Assembly (NCBI GenBank): GCA_035512795.1
Contig: DATKDF010000075.1
Location: 1 to 55,879 of the forward strand
Length of the DNA stretch: 55,879 nt
Source of the DNA: Vicinamibacterales bacterium
Lineage (GTDB): Bacteria; Acidobacteriota; Vicinamibacteria; Vicinamibacterales; SCN-69-37
Direction of reading: 5' to 3'
A program made the translations under genes and the position numbers. Shown piece by piece: positions 33,911 to 43,599 of the stretch. Each line of letters starts with the position of its first letter. Positions within the stretch are counted from its first letter, which is position 1. The notes beneath the pieces are model-generated. The model was given only the letters and a program-made list of their open reading frames with translations. It was not told where the DNA came from and did no database searches.

Positions 33911-34921
33911 CTACTGGCGGAAACAGGCGATCTCGCGACGGGCCAGCCCCCCCGGCACAGTCGACTGGAGCGCCGATGGCGGGTCAACGTCCGGGTCGGT
34001 GTTGCCCGACGGCCGAGCGTACATGATGGCCGAGTGGATGCGCGTGCGCTCCGGGCGCCCCGTGCCGGTACAGCCGGGACCGGAGAACGAATCGCCGATC
34101 GTCTCGAACGTATGGTAGAAGCCCATCGTGTGGGTGACTTCGTGATCGGCGATGCCGTAGAGATAGAAGTCGCACCCGAACGGGTTGTTTTGCGGCGTGG
34201 AGATGAGGAGCGGCGCATACAGGAGCGCCATCGTCCCCGAGTTGCCGCCAACCGTTGACCGGCCGAGCGTTCCGGCGAGGTTCTGCGCAAATGTGACGTT
34301 GACCCAGCCGTCGACGATGTCTCGGGCCGTGGTGCCGCGCTCGACGGTGCCGAGCTGCCGCCGGCCGCCGGACAGTTCCGGAATTGCGTTGGCGAACACG
34401 CTGACGATGCGGTCGATGACGTCGTCGGGGACGGTGACCTCGACGTCGTCGAGCGTCGTCTTGAAGTAGAAGTTCGGGTTCACCGTCCAGGGACGGGTTG
34501 CCTGGAGCGACGTGCTCTGGAGGCTGTCGCGCACCCACATCCGGTAGAACTCGATCTCGAACGGCGGCGCCGACCGGATGAGGTCGATCGTCACGCCGGA
34601 TCTATTCGGCGACATGTTGAAGACGACGCGCCGGAAGACATGTCCCGGCGCGTTGACGGTGACGCCGGCGGCGCCGCTGGCCGTGACGCCGTTCAGCGTG
34701 AACTGACCCAGGCTGTTGGTGATGGTCGACACGCCGCCATGGACGAGCGTGGCGCCGCCGATCGGCGCGGCGTCGAAGTGCCCCACCACCGTGCCACTGA
34801 GCGAGGTGAGGTCGCCCGAGCCGGAGGGGGGTGGCACCGGGCTCGGAATGGTGCTGTCGTTGCTGCACGCGGCCGAGGCCAGGAGCACGAGGACGGCGGC
34901 GAGTCGTTGGGTCTCTGTCAT
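33911..34921 (-). CDS. secreted protein (signal peptide, possible lipobox) with CarboxypepD_reg-like domain and metzincin-type zinc protease motif
   Basis: Signal peptide with possible lipobox LAAVLVLLASAAC. SGTVVGHFDAAPIGGATLV...NSLGQFTLNGV is CarboxypepD_reg-like. HEVTHTMGFYH equals HExxHxxGxxH, with a downstream IMY possible Met-turn. Confidence 0.7.
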   Translation of the reverse strand: MTETQRLAAVLVLLASAACSNDSTIPSPVPPPSGSGDLTSLSGTVVGHFDAAPIGGATLVHGGVSTITNSLGQFTLNGVTASGAAGVTVNAPGHVFRRVVFNMSPNRSGVTIDLIRSAPPFEIEFYRMWVRDSLQSTSLQATRPWTVNPNFYFKTTLDDVEVTVPDDVIDRIVSVFANAIPELSGGRRQLGTVERGTTARDIVDGWVNVTFAQNLAGTLGRSTVGGNSGTMALLYAPLLISTPQNNPFGCDFYLYGIADHEVTHTMGFYHTFETIGDSFSGPGCTGTGRPERTRIHSAIMYARPSGNTDPDVDPPSALQSTVPGGLARREIACFRQ

Positions 34922-35107
34922 GGACGATCCGTGTACCTGACGGCGGCGCTGGCAAACTCAGCATAACAGGTCACCGGACGCCGCGGCGGCTCGTGTGGCG
35001 ATGCGCCGATCGGGGCCAAACAGGCCGCGATCGGCGCGTCGGACGCGATACTGCTGCCAAGCTCCATCATTGCTCACCATCAGTACCGCTCATACAGCCC
35101 CCGTCCA

Positions 35108-35136
35108 TTGACGCGTGTACCGATCGGCCCTAGTGT
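35108..35136 (+). promoter_or_regulatory. candidate sigma-70-type promoter for the TonB-dependent receptor gene
   Basis: TTGACG (35108-35113), 17-nt spacer, TAGTGT (35131-35136). It would give a leader of about 100 nt containing two hairpins. Motif match only. Confidence 0.3.
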
Positions 35137-35243
35137 GACGACTGGATCGCGACAACCGCAGACGTCACGTAACGGACGTTCGGGGTGACGCGCGATCCCG
35201 CGGACCCGTCCGTGGGTCCCCGCAACGTGAGGAGCAACAACAC

Positions 35244-38200
35244 ATGAAGCAAGGTCTGGTCAGACTGACACTGGCACTGGCGATCGTCGCCACGGCCAGC
35301 TCGTTGGCATTCGCTCAGGGAGGCGCGGCCTCATCGATCACCGGAGTGGTACTCGACTCCGGCGGCGGTGCGGTTCCGGGCGCCACCGTCGTGGCCAGGA
35401 ACAACGCCACGAATGAAAACTACACGACCGTGTCGGGCAGCAACGGCTCGTTCACGATTCCGGCCATCTCGATTGGCACCTACACGGTCACGGTTTCGCT
35501 GAGCGGCTTCAAGACCGCCATCATCGGCAACCTGGTCGTCACGGCTGCCGGTCCGGCCGACGTGCGCGCCACGCTCGAAGTGGGCGGCATCGAAGAAACC
35601 GTCACGGTCGAAGGCCGCAGCGTGCTCGTGCAGACGCAGGCCACCTCGGTGTCGACGACGATCGACATCAACCAGGTGTCGAACCTGCCGCTCGTCAGCC
35701 GCAATGCGCTCGACTTCATCACATTCCTGCCGGGCGTCAACACGCCGGGCGGCAACCGCAACTCGACCGTCAACGGGCTCCCGCAGAGCACGATCAACAT
35801 CACCGTCGACGGCATGAACATCCAGGACAACTACCTGAAGACGACCGACGGCTTCTTCGCGCGCATGAGCCCCCGGCTCGACGCGGTCGAGGAAGTGACC
35901 GTCACGTCGGCCGCCCAGGGCGCCGACGCCGCCGGCCAGGGCGCCATCCAGATCCGGTTCGTGACCCGCTCGGGCAGCAACACCTTCACGGGTTCGGCCT
36001 ACCACTACTTCCGCTCCGACGCCCTCAACTCCAAGGACTGGTTCACCGAGCGGGACGGCCTGCCGAAGACCGAGCTGCTCCAGAACCAGCCGGGCTTCCG
36101 GGTCGGTGGCCCGATCGTCATTCCGGGCGTCTACAACGGCGCCGGCAGGGCGTTCTACTTCGTCAACTACGAAGAGTTCCGCCAGCCGCAGACCATCCGC
36201 CGGCAGCGCACGATCCTGACGACGGCCGCCCAGCAGGGCCTGTTCTCCTACACCACCAGCACCGGCGTCCGGACTGTGGACGTGCTCCAGCTGGCGGCCA
36301 ACAACGGCCACATCGCGTCGATCGACCCGATCATCGGGCAGTTGCTGGCCGAGATCCGGGCCGCCTCGATGAGCACGGGCATCATCGAGCCACTCACCGA
36401 TCCCAGCCTCGAGCGATTCACCTGGAACGTCGCCCAGAAGACCGTCACGAAGTACCCGACGGGCAAGGTCGACTACAACGTGAACGACAGCCACCGCCTG
36501 ACCTTCTCGGTCAACTACAACAAGCTGCTGTCGAACCCGGATACGCTGAACGGCCGCGACCCGATCTTCCCGGGTTTCCCGGTCCAGGGCGTCCAGGACT
36601 CGCACCGCTACACGACGTCGGCCACCCTGCGGTCCACGATTGGCACGCTCGTCAACGAGTTCCGTCTTGGCGCGACGGGCGGTCCGACCTACTTCGCGAC
36701 CGCCATCAACCCGTCGATGTGGAACGGCCCGGTCGCCAACCAGGGCGGCTTTGCCATCGGCATCAGCGCGGCGAACATCAACAACCCGTCGAGCGGCACG
36801 GCGATCAGCGCGCGTGAAGGTGCGACGGCCGTCATCGAGAACACGGTCAACTGGGTACGGGGCGCGCACAGCTTCAACTTCGGCGGCTCGCTCACCATGG
36901 GTAAGGTGTGGCTGCGCAACCGCACGAACGTCCCCGGGCTGACCCTCGACGTGCTCACGAGCGACCCGGCCAAGGCCGCCTTCAGTACCGCGGCGTTCCC
37001 CGGCTCCAATGCCACGCAGCGTGGCGACGCCGAAGACCTCTACGCGGTCCTCGTCGGCCGCGTGTCGGCGATTACGGGCAACGCGCGTATCGACCCGGCG
37101 ACCAACCGCTACGTGTTCCTGGGCGAGAGCCTTCAGGAAGGCCGGCTGCCGAACTACGGCTTCTGGATTCAGGACGCCTGGCGTCCGCGTCCGGACCTGA
37201 CCGTCAACATGGGTCTCCGGTACGAACTCCAGTTGCCCTTCTACCCGCTCAACGACAGCTACTCTTCGAGCACGCTCGAGGATGTCTGGGGCATCTCGGG
37301 CTTTGCCTCGACCTGCACCGACGTGAGCAACATCACGGTCCAGGACTGCAACCTGTTCCGTCCCGGCTTCGAGCCCGGCAAGCCGATCTCGGAGTACTAC
37401 CCCTACAACAAGGGCACGAACGCCTACAACACCGACCGGAACAACTTCGCGCCGAGCCTGGGCGTGGCGTGGACGCCGACGGCCGACAACGGCTGGCTGT
37501 CGCGCTTCCTCGGCCAGTCGGGTGACACGGTGTTCCGTGCCGGCTTCGCCCGCAGCTACAACCGGCCGGGCATGTCGGACTTCACGGGCCGCCTCGACGA
37601 CAACCCGGGGCTCCTCATCACCGTGAACCGCACCGAAGCGCTCGGCAACCTCGGCACGCTGCCGCTGCTCGTCCGCGAACCGGAACGCCTCGGCCCGGCG
37701 CCATTCGACGAGGTGCGCAACTACCCGCTCACCGACGTGGTGACGGGCGTCGTCCAGACCTACGATCCGAACCTCCAGGTGCCGTACGCCGACACGTGGA
37801 CGGCCGGATGGCAGCGGTCGGTCAGCCGCAACATGGCGGTCGAAGCGCGCTACGTCGGCACGCGGTCGCGTGACCTCTGGACCACCTACAACGTCAACGC
37901 GCTGAACATCATCGAGAATGGGTTCTTCGATGAGTTCCTGCTCGCGCAGCAGAACCTGCAGGCGAACATCGCGGCCGGCCGGGGCGCCAACTTCCGGTAT
38001 TTCGGCGCCGGCACGGGCACGTCGCCACTGCCGGTCTACCTGGCCTACTTCAGCGGTGTTCCCCAGGGGCTGGCGGGCGAGTCGGCCCGTTACACCTCGA
38101 CGAACTTCGCGAACGCAACGTTCCTGAACCACCTGACGATGCGCAACCCGAACCCGTACAACGCGGTCGATGCGCTCGACGCCGACGCCACGCGACGCAG

Positions 38201-39095
38201 TAACGCGCTGGCTGCCGGCCTGCCGGCCAACTTCATCATCGCCAACCCGGACAAGCTGGGTGGCGCGTCGATCGACGGTCATGGCGGATACACCGACTTC
38301 CACGGCGCGCAGTTCGAACTGCGCCGGCGGATGGCCCACGGCTTCCAGTTCTCGGGCAGCTACGCCTACGGCAAGAGCTACGGCTCCACGCGCCTCTCGT
38401 TCCGCGTCCCGCGTCTCGAGACGCGCCAGACCGGTGGCGAAGGCGACGTGACCCACGCCCTCAAGGGCACCTGGGTGTTCGAGTTGCCGTTCGGCCAGGG
38501 TCGTCGCTATGCCAGCAACGTCGGCGCGGCGATGGAACGCCTGGTCGGTGGCTGGCAGATGCACGGCACCGCGCGCTTCCAGAGTGGCCGCATGGTCAAC
38601 TTCGGCAACGTGCGGATGATGGGCTTCGACCAGAGCGACCTGCAGGACTTCTACAACGTCCGCATCGACAGCGCGGGCCGCGTGACGATGCTCCCGCAGG
38701 ACGTCATCGACAACACCGTCAAGGCGTTCAGTGTGGACGCGACGACGCTCACCGGGTACGGCTCACTCGGCGCACCCGAGGGTCGGTTCTTCGCTCCGGC
38801 GAACGGCCCGGACTGCATCGAGACAATCGCCAACGGCTTCGGCGATTGCGGCGCTCGTGAGATCGTCATCACGGGTCCGATGTTCAAGAACGTGGACGTC
38901 AGCGTCGTCAAGCTCGTGCCGCTCACGGGCCGCGTCCGCGCCGAGTTCCGCATGGAGATCCTGAACGCGTTCAACTGGGTCAACTACGTCCCGGTGACCG
39001 GTCTCGGCAACAACCCGGACAACTACGAAGTCACGGGTCTGAACGGCGCCGTGACGGCCCGGATCATCCAGCTCGTCTCGCGCGTGACCTGGTAA
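35244..39095 (+). CDS. TonB-dependent outer-membrane receptor with N-terminal CarboxypepD_reg domain
   Basis: Signal peptide LALAIVATASSLAFAQ. ITGVVLDSGGGAVPGATVVARNNATNENYTTVSGSNGSFTIPAISIGTYTVTVSLSGFK. Plug segment: VNTPGGNRNSTVNGLPQSTINITVDGMN. 1283 aa ending in an aromatic residue (...SRVTW), typical of beta-barrels. GAGGAG SD 9 nt before the ATG. Confidence 0.9.
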   Translation: MKQGLVRLTLALAIVATASSLAFAQGGAASSITGVVLDSGGGAVPGATVVARNNATNENYTTVSGSNGSFTIPAISIGTYTVTVSLSGFKTAIIGNLVVTAAGPADVRATLEVGGIEETVTVEGRSVLVQTQATSVSTTIDINQVSNLPLVSRNALDFITFLPGVNTPGGNRNSTVNGLPQSTINITVDGMNIQDNYLKTTDGFFARMSPRLDAVEEVTVTSAAQGADAAGQGAIQIRFVTRSGSNTFTGSAYHYFRSDALNSKDWFTERDGLPKTELLQNQPGFRVGGPIVIPGVYNGAGRAFYFVNYEEFRQPQTIRRQRTILTTAAQQGLFSYTTSTGVRTVDVLQLAANNGHIASIDPIIGQLLAEIRAASMSTGIIEPLTDPSLERFTWNVAQKTVTKYPTGKVDYNVNDSHRLTFSVNYNKLLSNPDTLNGRDPIFPGFPVQGVQDSHRYTTSATLRSTIGTLVNEFRLGATGGPTYFATAINPSMWNGPVANQGGFAIGISAANINNPSSGTAISAREGATAVIENTVNWVRGAHSFNFGGSLTMGKVWLRNRTNVPGLTLDVLTSDPAKAAFSTAAFPGSNATQRGDAEDLYAVLVGRVSAITGNARIDPATNRYVFLGESLQEGRLPNYGFWIQDAWRPRPDLTVNMGLRYELQLPFYPLNDSYSSSTLEDVWGISGFASTCTDVSNITVQDCNLFRPGFEPGKPISEYYPYNKGTNAYNTDRNNFAPSLGVAWTPTADNGWLSRFLGQSGDTVFRAGFARSYNRPGMSDFTGRLDDNPGLLITVNRTEALGNLGTLPLLVREPERLGPAPFDEVRNYPLTDVVTGVVQTYDPNLQVPYADTWTAGWQRSVSRNMAVEARYVGTRSRDLWTTYNVNALNIIENGFFDEFLLAQQNLQANIAAGRGANFRYFGAGTGTSPLPVYLAYFSGVPQGLAGESARYTSTNFANATFLNHLTMRNPNPYNAVDALDADATRRSNALAAGLPANFIIANPDKLGGASIDGHGGYTDFHGAQFELRRRMAHGFQFSGSYAYGKSYGSTRLSFRVPRLETRQTGGEGDVTHALKGTWVFELPFGQGRRYASNVGAAMERLVGGWQMHGTARFQSGRMVNFGNVRMMGFDQSDLQDFYNVRIDSAGRVTMLPQDVIDNTVKAFSVDATTLTGYGSLGAPEGRFFAPANGPDCIETIANGFGDCGAREIVITGPMFKNVDVSVVKLVPLTGRVRAEFRMEILNAFNWVNYVPVTGLGNNPDNYEVTGLNGAVTARIIQLVSRVTW

Positions 39096-39135
39096 CACTC
39101 GCGGCGGGATCCGAGGTCCCGCGCGACACCCACAC

Positions 39136-39171
39136 GCCCGGCCGGTTCACTCCGGCCGGGCGTTCTTTTTC
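39136..39171 (+). terminator. Rho-independent terminator after the TonB-dependent receptor gene
   Basis: Perfect 10-bp stem GCCCGGCCGG (39136-39145) / CCGGCCGGGC (39152-39161), 6-nt loop, then GTTCTTTTTCT. Confidence 0.8.
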
Positions 39172-39185
39172 TGGTCCCACGTTTC

Positions 39186-42014
39186 GTGGCACACTCTGGG
39201 TCCGCCATGACCCACCCGCGTGGCAATCTGCCCGAGTCGATTGGCGGCCGCTATCGCATCGAATCCCGCATCGGCGCCGGCGGCATGGGGGTCGTCTACA
39301 AGGCACGCGACAGCCGGCTCAACCGGCCGGTGGCCATCAAGGCCATTCACGACCACCGGATGAAGGAAGGCGGCCAGGGCCTCCGGACGGAGGCCCTGGC
39401 GGCTGCGTCGCTCGACCACCCGTACATCTGCAAGGTCTACGAGCTCTTCGAGGACCAGACCGAGTTCTATCTGGTCATGGAGTTCGTCGAGGGCGAGACG
39501 CTGGCGTCCATCCTGCGCCGGGGACCGGTGCCGCTGCCGATGGTCCTCGAGATCGGGAGCGAGGTGGCCGAGGGTCTCGCCCACGCGCACCGGCGCGGGC
39601 TGGTGCACCGCGACATCAAGCCGTCGAACGTGATGGTGACGCCGCACGGACACGTCAAGCTTCTGGATTTCGGGCTGGCGCAGCCGGACGTCATCACGTC
39701 GCCGGCCGAGCGCACGCGCACGTCGCCGTCGGGCAGCAGCGACTACGCCGGCACGCCGCAGTACATGGCGCCCGAGCAGGCCCTCGGATCGCCCGTGTCG
39801 GCGCGCGCCGACCTGTTCTCGCTCGGCGTCATCCTGTTCGAGGCCATCACGGGCCGGCTGCCCTTTGCCGGCGCCTCGGGCTACGACTACGTCCGGCACC
39901 TGTTGTCCGACGACCCGCGCCCGATGGAGCGGCTCGTGCCGGATATCCCGCTGGATCTGGCCCGCCTCGTGCACCGGTGCCTCGAGAAGACGCCGGCCGA
40001 CCGGCCCGAGTCAGCCGACGCGGTGCTGGCCGAGCTCAGGCGCCTCGGCGCCTCACTCTCGTCGAGCGGCGCGCCGCTGCCAACGGCGCGCGACGCCAGG
40101 GTTCAGTCACGCACGCGCAACCTGGCGGGCCTGGCGGGCGTCGCGGCCCTTGTCGTCGTGGCCTGGGCTGTGTGGCCGACGCCGGCGCCGGTCGAGATCC
40201 TGGACCGCTCGCGCCAGTTCGTGACGTGGGGCACGCTCGAATCGGGCAGCCGCGTGTCCCCGGGCGGCGACTGGGTGTCCTTTTTCGCGATGGAGGGCGA
40301 CCGCAGGCGCCTGTTCGTGCAACCGGTGAGCGGCGGTGATGCCATTGCCGTGGCCCTGGCCGACGGCAGGCCCGACTCGCACGCCTGGTCGCCCGACGGG
40401 ACCGAAATCGCCTGCCTCATCGACCAGACCTCCGGTCCGACGCTGCACGTAGTGCCGCCGTTCGGCGGCCCGGCCCGGCAGCGCGTGGCCGTGGCCGACC
40501 AGGCGGTCCAGATCGAGATCGTCCGGTGGGTGGACCGGTCCGTGTTCCTCAAGGCCGGCCCGACGCTCAGCCGGCTCGACCTCGATACCGGAACGCTCAC
40601 CGACGTGAGCCCGGCCTGGCCGGTCACCGGCAGGCTTGGCGACATCGATGTCTCCCCCGATGGCCGGCGCGTGGTCTACGCCCTGTCGCACGAGGGGCGT
40701 CAGGACCTCTGGACGGCTGTGATCGACGGCACGCGTGCCCGCCAGTTGACCGACGACGAGTACTTCGAGCGGCGGCCGCTGTTTCGCGGCGCCGGCGACG
40801 CGGTCGTGTACCAGTCGAACCGGGGGGGGCCGATCGGCCTGTGGGAACTGACGATCGGCACCGGCCGCTCGCGGCCGCTCACCTCGGGCGCCGGGCTCGA
40901 CGTGCCCGGCGGCAGTTCATCCGACGGCCGCGTGCTGAGCTTCACGCGTGAGTCACTCGATGCCAAGCTCTGGCTCTGGACCGACGCGACCAGCCGCCAG
41001 CTCGACACGGCTGCCCAGAGCGATTTCGCGCCGTCGCTCTCGCGCGATCGCCGGACGCTGGCCTTTCAGCGCAGCCAGCCGAGCCCCGAGGTCGGCCACT
41101 CGCTGGTCGACTCGACCCTGTCGGTCGGGACGCTCGAGCCCGACGGCCGGCTGACCGGCCTGCGGTCGCTCCTGGCCGGCTTTGCGCCGGCACTCTCCCC
41201 CAACGCCGACTGGCTCGCCTACCTCGTCCGGGGACCGTCGCCGCCGGGCATGGCGCTGCACCTCCGGCACCTCGGCACGGGCGAGCAACTCCCCGTATCG
41301 GCGTCGGTGCCGCTGCCGGCCGTCCCGGCATCGTCGCCGTTCGACTGGGTCGAGCAGAACGTCGCCTGGAGTGCGGCGGGAGATGCCCTGTTCTACGTCG
41401 AGCGCGGCCCCACCGAACTGCTGCGGCGGTTCGGGCTCGACTCGCGGCAGCCGGTCACGCTCGTCGAGGCTGACGCCGAGGCACGGCTTCGCGACCTGTA
41501 CGTGTCACCCGACGGCCGGAAGATCGGCTATCGCGTGCGTGACGCCGACGGCGATCGGGTCCGCGCGCGCGACCTCGAGACCGGCGCCGAAGCCGACTTC
41601 GGAACTTTCGAGGGGCCCGGCACGACACGGGTCCGCGGGTGGCTCGGCGACAGTTCGGCGCTCGTCCTCGTCCGGGCAGGCGCCAGTCAGCCGGATCGGT
41701 CGGCAGACCTCGAGGTGCTGACGGCCGGCCCCTCCCGGGCGCCGCGGCTGGTCACCACCATCACGCGGGCCTACGTGGCCACCGCGAGACTCGACTCCGA
41801 TTCGTCGACCATCTACGTGACGCGCTCCGACAACGGCGTTCACAACGTGTGGCGGCTGACCCTCGATTCGGGTCACCTGACAGCGGTGACCAGCAACACG
41901 CTCGGCGGCGTGACGTTCTCGGGTTTCGGCGTGGCCGGCCCAGGTCGTCTGCTGACCGTGCGCGACGAACATCGGCAGGATATCTGGCTGTCCGAACGCG
42001 ACGGACGTGAATGA
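39186..42014 (+). CDS. membrane Ser/Thr protein kinase with periplasmic PD40/TolB-type beta-propellers
   Basis: GAGGMGVVYKA, AIKAI, HRDIKPSNV, DFGLAQ, APEQ. One TM (LAGLAGVAALVVVAWAVW). Blades: WSPDGTEIA, VSPDGRRVVY, VSPDGRKIGY. Start is GTG 39186 or ATG 39207, only 15-36 nt after the terminator. Confidence 0.9.
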   Translation: MAHSGSAMTHPRGNLPESIGGRYRIESRIGAGGMGVVYKARDSRLNRPVAIKAIHDHRMKEGGQGLRTEALAAASLDHPYICKVYELFEDQTEFYLVMEFVEGETLASILRRGPVPLPMVLEIGSEVAEGLAHAHRRGLVHRDIKPSNVMVTPHGHVKLLDFGLAQPDVITSPAERTRTSPSGSSDYAGTPQYMAPEQALGSPVSARADLFSLGVILFEAITGRLPFAGASGYDYVRHLLSDDPRPMERLVPDIPLDLARLVHRCLEKTPADRPESADAVLAELRRLGASLSSSGAPLPTARDARVQSRTRNLAGLAGVAALVVVAWAVWPTPAPVEILDRSRQFVTWGTLESGSRVSPGGDWVSFFAMEGDRRRLFVQPVSGGDAIAVALADGRPDSHAWSPDGTEIACLIDQTSGPTLHVVPPFGGPARQRVAVADQAVQIEIVRWVDRSVFLKAGPTLSRLDLDTGTLTDVSPAWPVTGRLGDIDVSPDGRRVVYALSHEGRQDLWTAVIDGTRARQLTDDEYFERRPLFRGAGDAVVYQSNRGGPIGLWELTIGTGRSRPLTSGAGLDVPGGSSSDGRVLSFTRESLDAKLWLWTDATSRQLDTAAQSDFAPSLSRDRRTLAFQRSQPSPEVGHSLVDSTLSVGTLEPDGRLTGLRSLLAGFAPALSPNADWLAYLVRGPSPPGMALHLRHLGTGEQLPVSASVPLPAVPASSPFDWVEQNVAWSAAGDALFYVERGPTELLRRFGLDSRQPVTLVEADAEARLRDLYVSPDGRKIGYRVRDADGDRVRARDLETGAEADFGTFEGPGTTRVRGWLGDSSALVLVRAGASQPDRSADLEVLTAGPSRAPRLVTTITRAYVATARLDSDSSTIYVTRSDNGVHNVWRLTLDSGHLTAVTSNTLGGVTFSGFGVAGPGRLLTVRDEHRQDIWLSERDGRE

Positions 42015-42046
42015 CCCGTGGACCCCGGCACACGAGAGGAGACCTG

Positions 42047-42388
42047 ATGAAGAAGACCGCGCGCACCCGCAAGCACCCCGGCCGACCAGGCGATGCGATT
42101 GCCCTGGCGGCGTTCCGGAACTTCGCGCTCGACGTCGAACGGCTGCTCGTCCGCATCTACGTCACGAGGCCGGACACGTACGAGACGATGGTCGAACACA
42201 TGCGACGCGTGCTCGCCGAGATCTACCGCAAAGGGACGCAGCCGAAGCGCCTGTCGGACGACCGCTGCCCGCCGGGCTATGAGCTGTGCGCCGATGGCCT
42301 GTGCGCCGAGGTCTGCGACATTCTCGACGCCGACGCCGCGTTTTCACCGGCCTCCGCGTCGAAGCGCGTACCACGAAAGACGAGGTAG
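42047..42388 (+). CDS. small basic hypothetical protein with C-terminal four-Cys motif
   Basis: AGGAG SD (42037-42041) 5 nt before ATG 42047. GC3-rich codons. MKKTARTRKHPGRPG..., helical middle, CPPGYELCADGLCAEVC. No family recognised. Confidence 0.55.
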   Translation: MKKTARTRKHPGRPGDAIALAAFRNFALDVERLLVRIYVTRPDTYETMVEHMRRVLAEIYRKGTQPKRLSDDRCPPGYELCADGLCAEVCDILDADAAFSPASASKRVPRKTR

Positions 42389-42405
42389 CCGAGGCCCGGC
42401 CGTCT

Positions 42406-43599
42406 TCAGGCGAAGAGCAGCGCGCCAGGATCCTCGACGAGTTCCCTGATTCGCACGAGGAACCGCACCGCCTCCGACCCGTCGACGATGCGGTGATCGT
42501 AGGTGAGGGCGGTGTACATCATTGGCCGCAGGGCGACCTGGCCCTCGACGTTGACGGGACGATCCGTGATGGCGTGCAGGCCGAGAATGCCGACCTGCGG
42601 CGGATTGAGGATGGGCGTGCTCAGGAGCGATCCGTACACGCCGCCGTTGGTGATGCTGAACGTGCCGCCGCGCAGGTCGTCGAGCGTGAGCGTGCCGCTC
42701 GTGACCTTGTCGGCGTATCCGCGGATCGTGGACTCGATTCCGGCAAACGACATCCGGTCGGCGTCGCGCAGGACCGGCACGACGAGTCCTTCGTCGGCCC
42801 CGACCGCGATGCCGATGTCGTAGAAGTGCTTGAGCACCATCTCGTCGCCCTGAATCTCGGCGTTCAGGCGCGGGAACTCCCGAAGTGCGCCCACGACGGC
42901 CTTGACGAAGAACGAGACAATGCCGATCGACACCCCGTGGCGGGCCTTGAACGACTCCTTGTGCCGCGCCCGGAGCGCCATGACCGCGCTCATGTCGACC
43001 TCGTTGAAGGTCGTGAGCAGGGCTGCCGTCTGCTGCGCTTCGACCAGACGTCGAGCGATGGTCGCCCGGCGCTTCGACATGCGGACGCGCTCTTCGCGTC
43101 GTTCACCGGATGGAGGTCCGGCCGCCGGTTTCGCCACCGACGCCGGCCCGGCGGCCTTCGACGCGCCGGAAGGCGCCGCGGCCGCGCGCTCGACATCGGC
43201 TTTGGTCACCCGTGGCCCGGACGCCTCGACCTTCTCGAGCGGCACGTCGCGCTCCCGCGCCAGCCGCCGCGCCGACGGCGTGGCAGCGGGCACCTCAGGC
43301 GCTGGAGGCTCCAGCACTTCAGGTGCGTGTCCCACCGGCACCTCAGGTGCCTTCCCGCCAGGTCCTTCGTCGATCGTGCCCAGCACTTGTCCGATCTTGA
43401 CGTCTTCGCCTTCCCCGTGCGCGATCCGCGCGAGGACACCTGCCCTGGGCGCCGAGACCTCGACGTCGATCTTGTCGGTTTCGAGTTCGACGAGGGCCTC
43501 GCCGGCCGTCACCCTGTCGCCCTCACGCTTGAGCCAGCGTGAGACGCGCGCCTCCACGATGGACTCGCCGACTTCGGGAACGACGACCTCGATACTCAT
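42406..43599 (-). CDS. sucB: dihydrolipoyllysine-residue succinyltransferase, E2 of 2-oxoglutarate dehydrogenase
   Basis: Track ORF trimmed to ATG 43599 (ATGA overlap with the sucA stop). Lipoyl domain [16 protein letters not shown] segment [17 protein letters not shown]. Catalytic [11 protein letters not shown]. Confidence 0.93.
   Translation of the reverse strand: MSIEVVVPEVGESIVEARVSRWLKREGDRVTAGEALVELETDKIDVEVSAPRAGVLARIAHGEGEDVKIGQVLGTIDEGPGGKAPEVPVGHAPEVLEPPAPEVPAATPSARRLARERDVPLEKVEASGPRVTKADVERAAAAPSGASKAAGPASVAKPAAGPPSGERREERVRMSKRRATIARRLVEAQQTAALLTTFNEVDMSAVMALRARHKESFKARHGVSIGIVSFFVKAVVGALREFPRLNAEIQGDEMVLKHFYDIGIAVGADEGLVVPVLRDADRMSFAGIESTIRGYADKVTSGTLTLDDLRGGTFSITNGGVYGSLLSTPILNPPQVGILGLHAITDRPVNVEGQVALRPMMYTALTYDHRIVDGSEAVRFLVRIRELVEDPGALLFA

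Noticed and set aside
35331-38564. 1077-aa antisense ORF inside the TonB-dependent receptor gene. Similar long shadow ORFs: 52297..55137, 10540..12486, 17100..19022, 46919..48847, 46812..49109, 28300..29982, 3559..4995, 15203..16639, 44190..45575.
   Set aside because: All are Arg/Gly/Asp/His/Pro-rich with no recognisable motifs. Each lies opposite or out of frame to genes with clear family signatures. Long stop-free shadow frames are expected at this GC content.
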